DNA of 64,000 bases from a virus. Both the position numbers and the translations under genes were made by a program. How positions within the stretch are numbered: position 1 is the first letter of the stretch; every line of letters begins with the position of its first letter. Positions 18,654 through 28,292 of the stretch are shown one piece after another. The stretch is taken from positions 4,532-68,531 of the IMG/VR virus record IMGVR_UViG_3300049733_000058; one strand, 5' to 3'. Below the pieces are notes generated by a model. That model saw only the letters and a program-made list of their open reading frames with translations. It was not told where the DNA came from and ran no database searches.

Positions 18654-21600
18654 GTCCTCATTTCCGTGAGGATGTGGCTCTGCATCAAGCGAGCCTGCAC
18701 ACCGCTCTGGACGAAGGCTATGTCAGTGTCGCCGCTGTTGAGGATCCGCACACTAATCGGTCCGCCGAAGGCCACCAATGGAATGGCATCATCTACGGTG
18801 ATCACCACCACGGCCCGGACCACTGCGGTGGCCTGTACCGGACCCACCACCACCGTCGCATTGACGACCACCAGGGCCACTACGGGCTGCACGGTGCCCA
18901 CAGCGACCACCGGGGTCATCACTGCCAGGCCCGTGGCGTGGATCACAATGCTGGGGACCGTCGCCAGGGCAGCCACGTTGATGGTGGCGACGCTTGGAAT
19001 TGCCGTGATGGTCACTGCCTGGACGGTGGCCAGAGACTGAACTCGGCTGACGGCGACCGTCTCGCCTGCTCCAGCCTGAACGGTAACTTGCTGAACCGTC
19101 GCCACTGCCGCTGCTGGAGTTCCAACGATGATGGCAGTGGTGTTGATGGTGACAGGGCGAACCGTGGCTGTGGCTTGCACCAAGTTCGGTGCGGGGACGG
19201 CAGTCGTAGAAATTGTGACGGGCTGAACAGTGGCGGTAGCCGGTACCCGCCCCGGCGTGACAGTGGCACCACCCCCGGCCTGAATTGCCACGGCTTGCAC
19301 GGTGGCTATCGCCGATGCGGGTGCGACAATCGCAGCACCCGTGAGGTTGATGGTGACGGTGCGAACTGTCGCTACTGCGGCCACCACGTTCGGGGCAGGC
19401 GTGACCGCTGCCAGAACCGTCACCGACGGCACCGTCGCAGTGGCGGATACCTTGGGTGGAGCCGCCAGGGCAGGAACCGTGATGGATACCGTCGGGACGG
19501 TCCCGGTCGCCACCACGGGAGTGCCGCCGAGCACAAGAGCCGTGGTGGAAATCGTGATGGCTGGCACCGTAGCAGTTGCCGCCACTCGGTTGGGTTGGAT
19601 AGTCGGTACAGCGCTGATATTGACGGGCTGGACCGTGGCGATTGCCGCCACCGTAGAGGGTTGAGCCAGTGCAGCGGGGGCAGCGGAGGCCACCCTCACG
19701 GTGGCGGTCGCCGCTACTGGTCCCGGCGCAACGGTTGCAGTAGCGGAGATCGTGATGGTTCGTACTGACGCAGTTGCCGTCACTGCGAGTGGTGTGACCG
19801 TAGTGCCAGCACCGGCCTGAACCACAACGCTGGGAACGCTGGCCGTGGCTGCCACTGGAGTTCCAGCAGTGACCAGCGCCGTCGTGTTGATGGTCACGGC
19901 TCGGACAGTTGCCGTCGCCGCAACCACATTCGGAATTGCTGCCCCGGAGAAGTTGATCGTTACGTTGCGAACCGTGGCTGTGGCTACAACCGGAGTCCCC
20001 GCAACGATTACGGCTGTCGTGTTGATGGTGACGGCTCGCACCGTAGCCGTGGCTGCTACTGGAGTCCCCGTGGTGACAACCGCAGTGGTATTAATAGTAA
20101 CACTAGGAATACTGGTCGTTGCAGTGACTGTGCTAACCGGAACGTCGGTCGCTCCCCCAACATCAATCGTGACAGCGGGGACCGCAGCCGTTGCGGCCAC
20201 GGTCGTCGTGGGGACGTTCGCCGTTGTGAGGACAAAGACTGAGGGCAATCCACTGGTGATCCACGGCGGGTTGGTCTGCGTGTTGACCGTGGTGCCATCC
20301 GTTGCAATGGAATATGGCGGGCCAATCGTGGTGCTGGGTTGGTCAAGTTTGATGACGACGTAGGCACCGAGGGTGCCCCACTGTTCGGAGACCGCAGCGA
20401 GGGCTTCTACCTGCCCGTCGGACATGTCCGAAGCCCATGCCGCCCCGGTGTAAACGTCTCCATCCCAGAACTGGCCAGAGGAGATGGCGCTGTTCCCGGC
20501 ATCAACAACGCTGTCGGCTTTCGTATTGGAGAGGTTCTCGTGAACCCAGACCCCGGTGTCGTATCGGTAGATATGCCCACGAGGTTGCACTGTGCCGCTG
20601 GCCTTGGAGATCACCAGCAGCACCCAGCCGTGCGCCGCCAGAATCGCAGTAGTTCCAACGTGGTTGGTGCCGTTGGTTTGGAGCCGTAGGAAGTTGTCGG
20701 CACCGTTCCTGGAGAATTGGTACCTGTTCGCAGTGCCAGGACCAAGCCTGAGGATGCCCTGATTTCCAGAGAGGGCGTCTTCGGTGGCGGCTCGGCAGAT
20801 CACCGCAATGGTGAATGGACCGGTGATGGCACTGTTGTCGATATTGAAGTTGATTCGATCAGCAGCGGCCCTGCTGAACGTGCGGTAGTTGGTGGAAGAC
20901 GGCTTGGCGTAGGGCCGTACCGGCTGCACGAGGAACGAGGTCGGAATCGAAGGTGTGACAGTGCGGACGGTGGCCGTTGCCACCACAGTTGAAACTAGAA
21001 CGTCCGTGTTCCCAGCAGTTTGAACTGTTACAGCCTGGACAGTTGCAGTGGCGGCAACCGGACTGACGGGCACGTCTTGATTGCCACCGGTAACCACGGT
21101 GACACTAGGGACCGAGGCAGTTGCAGCCACCACATTCGGCGTTGCGATGCTAACGGCGACCGGTGTGACAGTTTGTACGGTTGCGGTTGCAGCCACTGTG
21201 GCGGGTGGGACACTCCCCGTGGCTGAGATCGTCACTGTACGAACAGTTGCGGTTGCTGACACCGTGGCCGGAGCAGCAGCCACGCCAATTGCGATAGTGA
21301 CTGCGGGCACGCTGGCGGTCACACTGACCTTGGCCGGTGTGACTGTCTGTGGAATTGAGATCGTCACGCTGGGAACACTGGCCGTCGCCGCAACCCTGCC
21401 CGGCGTGACGGTAGTTGGTCCAGCACCGGCTCGCAGGTACACCTCGTCGTAGACCCACTGACTCGTGCCTACGTCGTAGACCATGCCCAAGTAGACATTT
21501 CCACTACGGGTGTAAACGTTGGCGCTGGCGAGCGTCGAAGTTACGTCTTGAAGAACCCTCTTTACCCCGACCCACCCGCTGCCCGTGTCCTGGCTCCAGT

Positions 21601-23194
21601 ACGGCTCAGAGAATGAATCAACATAGACGAAGGATTTGTTCGTCCCGTCGTAGGGCGCACCACCCATCGGCCCCACTTGGTCGGTGTTTCCGATGGTTTG
21701 TTGCTTTGGAGACCCACCCACGTTCGTCACGGTCCACGTCGGCGTGTCGGCGTCACTCGCAACTGCGACTGACGAGTTGTGGAATCCACCAACCTGGAAC
21801 CGATAGAACGGCACGCAGATCTGGTTCCCACTCGACAAGAACGCCTGCCCGCTGGAGTGCTGCACATCATCAAGTGAGGCAACGAGGTACAACGCCTGGC
21901 TCGAAACGGTGTATGCAGCCGTTGCCGGGGCGGTGCCACCGAGGTTGTCGGTGGACTTGACGCACCGGCCCATGATGAAACTGGAGTTGCTGGCTCCCTG
22001 AACTGTTGCACCTCTGGTCCAGAACAGATGCACTCTGTCTGAACTGGCAAGCAACGCACTGTCAACACTTTCTGACTGCTGGGTTGTCGCCGTAGAGCCG
22101 AACCCAATGTCGGTCGTCGCACCCCAGGAACCGCTGGAACGCCGACGAGCCGCAACCCGGCCGTAGGTCTTGCCCATGTTGGTGACGCCAGCGATGTTGT
22201 GGAACGAGATCAGATCTCCGTTGCTACGCCGAGCCACGGCGCATCCGTAGTTGATCGGCGTCGTCGTACCGTGCGCATGAGAACTTGCTTCAAGCGTGTC
22301 GGTGCTCATGTCCAAGGACCGGCCTGACACCTGTGCAGCAGGGCCAGTGGTCAATCCCGCACCAACGACATACAGCGTGTCGCCCACCTGATGGGCGTGG
22401 ACGCTTGCCATCGACGACGTATGACCGAACATAGTGACCCCAGCAGCAAACGATGAGGTCGGGTCGGTCGCCTTGTAGTACACAACGTTGGTGCCTTCAA
22501 TGCCGATGACGTACACATTCCCGGCCGACGAGATGAATGGACCATTCCAACCGATGCCGTCCGAAGGCCCGGTGAAGTTCGCAATCGCCTGCGGCAGAGA
22601 GGCGTAATCCTCAGAGGTGAATTCGTCAACCTCGACCTGACCTACCGTGCCTACCGATCCAATGGTGACACCAAATCCGCACGAGCCAACGCTGGCGCCA
22701 ATTTTCATCCGATTGACGTGCGTTCCACCGTTGATGTAGGCAGCCCAAGAGTAGTAAGCATTGCTGGTCCCGAAGCCCCCGCTTTGACGTATCTCGAACG
22801 TGAACGGCGCAGAAGGCAACGTCACTTGAAGTTCTGTGCCCGTCGCCTGAGCGGTCCAGGTGCCAGCAGTGGTCATGCTTCCGAACTGCACGAACGCCGT
22901 CCCGGCACTGGTGATGCGCAACCGAGCGCCGTAGTAGGTAGTAGCCGCGAACCCGATGAAGGCGTACACGGCGTTGTCCGTGCCGCTGGCCGGTGCTGTG
23001 AACGTCTTGACCGTGACGACGGTGCGCTTCTGGTTGCTGGCGGATTGTGAGCAGCGAGCCAGGTTGGTGGTGTTGGCAGAAACTGCCCGACAGGCGTTGC
23101 TGACCACCTGAAGATCGCCGTTCTCGGTCCAGGACTGATCCGGGCCTAGAGTGGTGCTGTCCGCAGTGTTGAAGGATTCATTGGCAACGCTCAT
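18650..23194 (-). CDS. large repeat-rich virion fibre / adhesin-like protein
   Basis: 1514 aa; N-terminal beta-rich domains, internal LamG-like block (FTIAVICR...WVLLVIS...FWDGDV), many ~23-aa Px-VAATATVxxVTI repeats. Confidence 0.7.
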   Translation of the reverse strand: MSVANESFNTADSTTLGPDQSWTENGDLQVVSNACRAVSANTTNLARCSQSASNQKRTVVTVKTFTAPASGTDNAVYAFIGFAATTYYGARLRITSAGTAFVQFGSMTTAGTWTAQATGTELQVTLPSAPFTFEIRQSGGFGTSNAYYSWAAYINGGTHVNRMKIGASVGSCGFGVTIGSVGTVGQVEVDEFTSEDYASLPQAIANFTGPSDGIGWNGPFISSAGNVYVIGIEGTNVVYYKATDPTSSFAAGVTMFGHTSSMASVHAHQVGDTLYVVGAGLTTGPAAQVSGRSLDMSTDTLEASSHAHGTTTPINYGCAVARRSNGDLISFHNIAGVTNMGKTYGRVAARRRSSGSWGATTDIGFGSTATTQQSESVDSALLASSDRVHLFWTRGATVQGASNSSFIMGRCVKSTDNLGGTAPATAAYTVSSQALYLVASLDDVQHSSGQAFLSSGNQICVPFYRFQVGGFHNSSVAVASDADTPTWTVTNVGGSPKQQTIGNTDQVGPMGGAPYDGTNKSFVYVDSFSEPYWSQDTGSGWVGVKRVLQDVTSTLASANVYTRSGNVYLGMVYDVGTSQWVYDEVYLRAGAGPTTVTPGRVAATASVPSVTISIPQTVTPAKVSVTASVPAVTIAIGVAAAPATVSATATVRTVTISATGSVPPATVAATATVQTVTPVAVSIATPNVVAATASVPSVTVVTGGNQDVPVSPVAATATVQAVTVQTAGNTDVLVSTVVATATVRTVTPSIPTSFLVQPVRPYAKPSSTNYRTFSRAAADRINFNIDNSAITGPFTIAVICRAATEDALSGNQGILRLGPGTANRYQFSRNGADNFLRLQTNGTNHVGTTAILAAHGWVLLVISKASGTVQPRGHIYRYDTGVWVHENLSNTKADSVVDAGNSAISSGQFWDGDVYTGAAWASDMSDGQVEALAAVSEQWGTLGAYVVIKLDQPSTTIGPPYSIATDGTTVNTQTNPPWITSGLPSVFVLTTANVPTTTVAATAAVPAVTIDVGGATDVPVSTVTATTSIPSVTINTTAVVTTGTPVAATATVRAVTINTTAVIVAGTPVVATATVRNVTINFSGAAIPNVVAATATVRAVTINTTALVTAGTPVAATASVPSVVVQAGAGTTVTPLAVTATASVRTITISATATVAPGPVAATATVRVASAAPAALAQPSTVAAIATVQPVNISAVPTIQPNRVAATATVPAITISTTALVLGGTPVVATGTVPTVSITVPALAAPPKVSATATVPSVTVLAAVTPAPNVVAAVATVRTVTINLTGAAIVAPASAIATVQAVAIQAGGGATVTPGRVPATATVQPVTISTTAVPAPNLVQATATVRPVTINTTAIIVGTPAAAVATVQQVTVQAGAGETVAVSRVQSLATVQAVTITAIPSVATINVAALATVPSIVIHATGLAVMTPVVAVGTVQPVVALVVVNATVVVGPVQATAVVRAVVVITVDDAIPLVAFGGPISVRILNSGDTDIAFVQSGVQARLMQSHILTEMRT

Positions 23195-23826
23195 GCGACT
23201 GCGTACCCTTCAGCGTTCATCCAAGTGTGGGTGCTGCGCATGGCTTTCCACTGGGCCATGGTCTTCTCGTTGAACACACCCGGTGCAGCCGGGAAGGGTG
23301 GCGTGTACACAAGATGGATGATGTTGGCCATGGGAGTCCCACCTTGACGGAGGCCCTCGCAGACGTTCAAGCCCACGGTGATATCGTTGTTGTCGTACGA
23401 TTCCCACAGGCTCTCGGTGATGATCCAGCGGAAGTTGCTGCTGCCGGTGACCTGGTTGAGCGTCTGGTTGAACGACTGCCCACTGGCCAGGTCGGCATTG
23501 ATGAGAATGACACCGCCGCCCAGCACTTCACCCCGGCTATTGGCGAACGGACTGTTATCCACACCCCAGCAGTTGTTTCGACCTCTGGCTTTCAAGGCTT
23601 CAGTGAGGAAGTTCCCCGGCCCACAACCCAGGATGATCACCCGGTCGGCGGCAGCAATGCCACGGGCGATCAGAGCGTCGGCCCGATGGTGGATCTCGTT
23701 CTCGGGGTTGTCGATTGACCAGGTCCGGTCATCACCCATTGTGACGACCGAACCATCGGCTTTGGTGATGCTATAGAAATTCAGCCAGTCTGAGCGATTC
23801 GCCCAGGTACACCCAGGCCGAGGCAT
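23191..23826 (-). CDS. class I SAM-dependent methyltransferase-like protein
   Basis: Motif I VIILGCGPG, motif II WGVDNS, INADL. Confidence 0.6.
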   Translation of the reverse strand: MPRPGCTWANRSDWLNFYSITKADGSVVTMGDDRTWSIDNPENEIHHRADALIARGIAAADRVIILGCGPGNFLTEALKARGRNNCWGVDNSPFANSRGEVLGGGVILINADLASGQSFNQTLNQVTGSSNFRWIITESLWESYDNNDITVGLNVCEGLRQGGTPMANIIHLVYTPPFPAAPGVFNEKTMAQWKAMRSTHTWMNAEGYAVA

Positions 23827-23829
23827 GGC

Positions 23830-24510
23830 CTACGCAGCGAACAGAATGGTGACCATCCCCAGCGAGTTCAACTGCACCGTGAAGGTCCCGTTGGTCACGT
23901 TGTAGCCCGAGCCACTGCCGAAGTAGATGGCGCAGAACAGCGACGATGAGATCGTCGTGTCGAACACCACCGCACCGAAGATGGCAGCAGCGAACGAACC
24001 CGTGATGGTCCAGTTGGGGTCGGTGGTGTTGTCGAACATCACCGTGCCGTTGGGCGACTGGGTCAGCGTCTTGTTGGCCAGCGTATATCCACCCGCCGTG
24101 TACCCCGTGCCGCTTGCCTCGTTGGCGTTGTAGGGCGCCGCCGTCTGGACGGTGTCGGTGTAGTACGACGTGGCGGCAATCGAGTTGTTGTACAGCGCCA
24201 TCTTGATGGTGTCGGCCAGATAGGCGAAGGCCAACTGGGTGGCGTCGTACACGTCCAGTTGGATGGCCGTGTAGATACCGCTGGCAGTCGGGAAGGCCCC
24301 ACCGCTGACGCCCCGGCGCAGAATCTCGATCTGCTCGGGGGAGAGTTCCCGGCGGACCTCTTCGCTGATGACGGTGGCCCGGATGTGCGGTGCGAACACC
24401 ACGGCATCTTGACTGTCATCCCAGTGCCGGATCTCCTTGCCAGCGAGAACGTTGGGGTTCTCGGTGTGGAAATGCGGGATGATGAGGTCCCGAGGCTTGA
24501 CGAGGTTCAT
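23830..24510 (-). CDS. putative structural protein associated with fibre gene
   Basis: IKMALY...NEASGTGYTAGGYTL...VTNGTFTVQ pattern seen in phage fibre-associated proteins. Confidence 0.55.
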   Translation of the reverse strand: MNLVKPRDLIIPHFHTENPNVLAGKEIRHWDDSQDAVVFAPHIRATVISEEVRRELSPEQIEILRRGVSGGAFPTASGIYTAIQLDVYDATQLAFAYLADTIKMALYNNSIAATSYYTDTVQTAAPYNANEASGTGYTAGGYTLANKTLTQSPNGTVMFDNTTDPNWTITGSFAAAIFGAVVFDTTISSSLFCAIYFGSGSGYNVTNGTFTVQLNSLGMVTILFAA

Positions 24511-24512
24511 GG

Positions 24513-24785
24513 TTACCCTTCCTGGATACCGATACCCGTGCGGGTACCGACCTGCTCACCCACCTGGCGCCAGTATTGGACACCGGCGACGAGGTTGTCT
24601 CGTGCTTCTTCGTAGACGGCCCGGAGATCCTCGTCGTAACCACTGGGCTCGCCCCGCTTGCGGCGGGTGGTGCAGTCTTCCATGTAGGCCTCTTCGGCCT
24701 CCTTGTATTCAGCGTAGGCCTCGTCGTGCCACTGCTGAATCTGGTCGTCGTCCTCTGCTTCGTGGGCAGCGAATTCCGGCATCAC
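24513..24785 (-). CDS. hypothetical acidic protein
   Basis: 90 aa, coupled to upstream gene. Confidence 0.55.
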   Translation of the reverse strand: MMPEFAAHEAEDDDQIQQWHDEAYAEYKEAEEAYMEDCTTRRKRGEPSGYDEDLRAVYEEARDNLVAGVQYWRQVGEQVGTRTGIGIQEG

Positions 24786-25045
24786 TTACTCCCTGCGAAA
24801 CGACCATGCGAATCACGCAAGGTCTGACGGTTGGTACGACGGGCTGCCTTGCGAGCAGCCCGCCCGAGTCCTCGTTGCTTCAGGAATTTATTCTGACCGA
24901 CACGGTGGCCGATCAGCGCCCCGGCTGCGGTACCTGGTCCGGGAGCGACCAGTGTTCCAGCCACACCACCCCACACAGCGCCAGAGGTTCCAGCACTGCG
25001 ATAGGCATTGCTGCGGAGCAGTTTGACGTGTGCTTCACCAGCCAT
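24782..25045 (-). CDS. small basic protein with glycine-zipper segment and C-terminal NRQTLRDSHGRFAGSK
   Basis: Start re-called to ATG at 25045 (TGATG overlap); 87 aa. Confidence 0.65.
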   Translation of the reverse strand: MAGEAHVKLLRSNAYRSAGTSGAVWGGVAGTLVAPGPGTAAGALIGHRVGQNKFLKQRGLGRAARKAARRTNRQTLRDSHGRFAGSK

Positions 25046-25365
25046 CACTTGCTCCCGGCGAAACGGCCCTGACTGTCCCGCAAGGTCTGACGGTTGCGAC
25101 TGGCCTTGCCCTTGCCGCCCAGTTTCTTGGCAGCCCGCAGGCGAGCCAACGCCGCAAACCCCTTGCCCGCCGCGTATCCAACGACGAAGGCGCCACCACC
25201 AGCGGCAATCGCCTTGGCAGCGGCGGGAGTGCGGTAGTAGGCCATCTGGGCGTGGTTCGGATACTTCCACCCGTTGTTGACGTAGGTCTGCCGCATCGAC
25301 TCCCGAGCCAACTGCCTGCCGTAGCGGGTGGGCCTGGTGGTCGCACGTTCCTTGACGACCCGCAT
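25045..25365 (-). CDS. small basic protein with C-terminal NRQTLRDSQGRFAGSK
   Basis: Start re-called to ATG at 25365; 106 aa. Confidence 0.65.
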   Translation of the reverse strand: MRVVKERATTRPTRYGRQLARESMRQTYVNNGWKYPNHAQMAYYRTPAAAKAIAAGGGAFVVGYAAGKGFAALARLRAAKKLGGKGKASRNRQTLRDSQGRFAGSK

Positions 25366-25366
25366 C

Positions 25367-25540
25367 TCAGTGACTGCCGGGGTTGGGAGTTCCTGTGTGG
25401 ATGTCGTGGCCCTTGGGTAGTGAGGGCTTGAACTTCTTGGACTGGTTTCCGCCTGTGCGGAAATTGCTGGTGGGCTTGGTGTTCCGACCAGCGGCGACGT
25501 TCGTCGTTGTGGTCGGGCGACCGCCCTTGGCCTTGGCCAT
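25367..25540 (-). CDS. small basic protein
   Basis: AGGAGG RBS before ATG at 25540; MAKAKGGRP..., 57 aa. Confidence 0.65.
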   Translation of the reverse strand: MAKAKGGRPTTTTNVAAGRNTKPTSNFRTGGNQSKKFKPSLPKGHDIHTGTPNPGSH

Positions 25541-25791
25541 GATTGCCTCCTGATCAGGGTAGGTGGCCGGAACGGTAATTGGCCGCGAGGAAGAGTGCAA
25601 GCCAGGCTACTGTGGTGGTTGTGGCCTGCTGCGAAGGTTGGGGTTACTTCTGCCGTATCAGACAGTGATTGGTTCGAATCCAATAGCCAAGGTTCATAGC
25701 CTGGCTGGGGGGTTGGCCCCCATGTGTACCTCGCCGTTTGGTTCTCAGGTCACCAAGTCGAGAAAGGAGGCCGGTGTCATAGGAGCGGAAG

Positions 25792-25820
25792 AGCCCTCGC
25801 CACTGGGGCGGGGGCTTTCT
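25792..25820 (+). terminator. hairpin with short U tract
   Basis: agccctcgcc-actgg-ggcgggggct-ttct; the U-G wobble favours the + strand. Confidence 0.5.
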
Positions 25821-25821
25821 G

Positions 25822-25992
25822 CTATCTGGGTGGCACGTTGGGCGGCACCCAGTCCATGACCGGCGACTGTTCGGCAGTGCGCTTGTGCTTCTTCGGGGGC
25901 TTGGGTGGGCGCTGCCCGCCTTGAATCACGTTGCGCTCGGTCTCTTGCTTGCGGGCACGCTCGGGGGCGCTGTCCAGATTTCGCTTGGTCAT
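25822..25992 (-). CDS. small basic hypothetical protein
   Basis: MTKRNLDSAP..., ATGA-coupled to upstream gene. Confidence 0.5.
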   Translation of the reverse strand: MTKRNLDSAPERARKQETERNVIQGGQRPPKPPKKHKRTAEQSPVMDWVPPNVPPR

Positions 25993-26351
25993 ACCAGAAT
26001 CCTGTTCCGTCTGATCAGGCCACGGATGGCCTTGATCTTGGACTCGTTGGCGTGGGGGTCGAACACTTGCAGGCCGTTGTACCGAAACTGCTCGGCCAAC
26101 TCGTGAATGATGCGAAACTGCATGCAGGTGTAGGCCTCGATGACGATGTCGGCCTCGGTGTGGCTGGGCTTGACTACGAAATGCTCGCCGTACCACGGCA
26201 GACGTTCCCCGGATTGGTTCGAGTTCATGGGTGGGGGCACCATGTCACAGTGGACTTCCAACCTACTGGGCGGGGTCGTCTTGAGTGTGAATTGCCATCC
26301 CGGGCACGTCATGCTTTCCAATACGTGCGCCACTTGGTCTGCTCTCAACAT
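25989..26351 (-). CDS. hypothetical protein
   Basis: 120 aa; IHELAEQFRYNG...FDPHA resembles a common actinophage small-protein family. Confidence 0.6.
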   Translation of the reverse strand: MLRADQVAHVLESMTCPGWQFTLKTTPPSRLEVHCDMVPPPMNSNQSGERLPWYGEHFVVKPSHTEADIVIEAYTCMQFRIIHELAEQFRYNGLQVFDPHANESKIKAIRGLIRRNRILV

Positions 26352-27258
26352 CGATGACGTACTCCTCCCCGGCTGAATCTAGGGCCAGCATGTGGTCACG
26401 CACCACCGCAGGCATGATGGCCTTCTGCACGTTGGTGATGGCCAAGCGCTCATCCTGGAAAATGCGCTGGATGACCATGGCAAACAACCTACCTTGTTCT
26501 TCTGCCACACGAACTTGACGCTCGGCCACACCGGCAGCCAATGCGGCTTTTGATGAGGACACCAGACGATCACGTTCTTTGTGGTACAGGTCGATCCACA
26601 CGCTGGGCTGCACGCCAGTGGCTTCGGTGTACTGGGTCAGCAAGCGCTTGTCCTCAAAACTGTTGATCAACTCGGCCAGCCACTCCACGTGTCCAGAACT
26701 CCGTTGCACTTCTTGCAGCAGGGCAGTGTTGGGGTCCATGTTCTGGTTGGGTCTGCCGTACATCTCCATCAGGTCGGTGGCAATCTGGCGCTGCACGGCA
26801 ATCTCGTGGCTTTCGGTCAAGCCACCGTGGTCTCGGCATGACCCGTAACCGGGGTGGGCCGTGCCCCAACCCGCACTACGGCAGCAGATACCCGGCCCAG
26901 ACGATGACCTGCCCGTGCGCTGCGCACCGCAGATCTTCTTGTTTCTCTTTCTGTCGGCCGGGGTCTTGGGCGCACGAGGGTCAACCTCACCCTTCTTGAA
27001 CGTTTGGTACTTGTCGGTGCGCTTCAAGTTCTTGGCTCGGTCTTTGGCCCACTCGCCTTTGTAGTTTCCACGCACCACCGTGTACTTGCCGGTTTCCGGG
27101 TGCACGCCGGAGTAGTCCACGCCCGGTATCCCCTCTTTCTTGCGTCTGCCCCGTTGGGGCTTGGGCGTCGTGGTGGTCACGGTCTGACGACCGCTCCCAC
27201 GTGTTCCGGAAACTGTGTTGGGGCGGCGCTTGGGGTTGGCGACGGGCTTGCGAGCCAT
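26263..27258 (-). CDS. putative terminase small subunit (Cys-rich HGG motif)
   Basis: AGGAG RBS before ATG at 27258; ICGAQR...CCRSAGWGT...CRDHGG followed by helical region; first gene of the late arm. Confidence 0.65.
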   Translation of the reverse strand: MARKPVANPKRRPNTVSGTRGSGRQTVTTTTPKPQRGRRKKEGIPGVDYSGVHPETGKYTVVRGNYKGEWAKDRAKNLKRTDKYQTFKKGEVDPRAPKTPADRKRNKKICGAQRTGRSSSGPGICCRSAGWGTAHPGYGSCRDHGGLTESHEIAVQRQIATDLMEMYGRPNQNMDPNTALLQEVQRSSGHVEWLAELINSFEDKRLLTQYTEATGVQPSVWIDLYHKERDRLVSSSKAALAAGVAERQVRVAEEQGRLFAMVIQRIFQDERLAITNVQKAIMPAVVRDHMLALDSAGEEYVIDVESRPSGARIGKHDVPGMAIHTQDDPAQ

Positions 27259-27433
27259 TTGTGTGCTCCTGATGGGGCGAGTGGGCGGTTTTAAGGGTAG
27301 CCGTTTCGGTGCGTTGAGGGGCAAAACCGCAGGTGGGGACGTGTATGAAATCTGTTTTAATTGTACAAGGTAAACTAACTCTCCCACATGGCGCTCTCCG
27401 TACCTCTCTCTTTATGGCGTAAGACAGATAAAT

Positions 27434-27450
27434 AACACATGTCATGTGTT
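27434..27450. promoter_or_regulatory. palindrome AACACATG-T-CATGTGTT in AT-rich divergent intergenic region
   Basis: Perfect 8-bp inverted repeat between the divergent late and early arms. Confidence 0.4.
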
Positions 27451-27527
27451 TTATTGGGTTGTGATGCGAGTCTGCGGCTGCTTGCAGTTAGCCATGTGGG
27501 AGAGTAAATTGCCAATAGACAAATTAT

Positions 27528-28292
27528 ATGGAGGATTTCATGGGTTTCGTACGAGGTCAAGAGAGAAATCGGACAACGTTGAAGATTCATGTGGTGGGTC
27601 TGGCGACGTTGGAGGATGTGTACGGCATTGCGAGGATGCCCATTCCCTATAGGCCGAAACTGGATTTTGAGGATGGGCTGGACTGTAGGTCTGCGGATGA
27701 TGTATTCACATTGCTGTGGCGCTACACGGACCCAGTCAGACTTTCGCGATGGACTACCGCGAATCGAAAGTTGCAGTCTGGCAAGGATCACGGCGAGAAG
27801 TTGCTGGATGAATTCTATGCCCGTAAGGTCAATCGCATTGTGCTGGAGAAGGGCAAGCAGGTACCGCCGTGGTTGAAGGATGCGCTGGCAGAATGGGACC
27901 GGGATCCGTTCAATGAGATTCATCGTCTGGAGCCTGTACGCAGTGTGCCACCTGGTATCAACAGAGATGATCTCAGTTATTACGAGGCCAAGGCGTGGCG
28001 ATTGGTCTATTCGTATCTGAAGACATTGAAGTGGCCGCAAAGGTTGTACGTGTGGCAGCCAGTCGGTACTGGGAAGGATCTCAACAAGCGCAAGTCTGAT
28101 GCGGAGCGTGCAGGAGAGACCACGACGAAACAGGGCAGTAGGGTACCGAAAGCAAGGTATCCGACCCCAGAGGAACTGGAGCAGTTGCGCACTGGGAAGA
28201 TCACCATTGATGACTTGCCCTGGCGTCAGTTCAATACCAAGGGTAGGCAGGCAGCGTGGGATGCCAACGAGATCGGGAGGACAGAACGATGA
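27528..28292 (+). CDS. hypothetical protein
   Basis: 254 aa ORF, coupled to the RuvC gene. Confidence 0.7.
   Translation: MEDFMGFVRGQERNRTTLKIHVVGLATLEDVYGIARMPIPYRPKLDFEDGLDCRSADDVFTLLWRYTDPVRLSRWTTANRKLQSGKDHGEKLLDEFYARKVNRIVLEKGKQVPPWLKDALAEWDRDPFNEIHRLEPVRSVPPGINRDDLSYYEAKAWRLVYSYLKTLKWPQRLYVWQPVGTGKDLNKRKSDAERAGETTTKQGSRVPKARYPTPEELEQLRTGKITIDDLPWRQFNTKGRQAAWDANEIGRTER

Noticed and set aside
25620-25700. tRNA suggested by GGTTCGAATCC
   Set aside because: No acceptor stem, D arm or anticodon arm could be built; kept only as an ncRNA candidate
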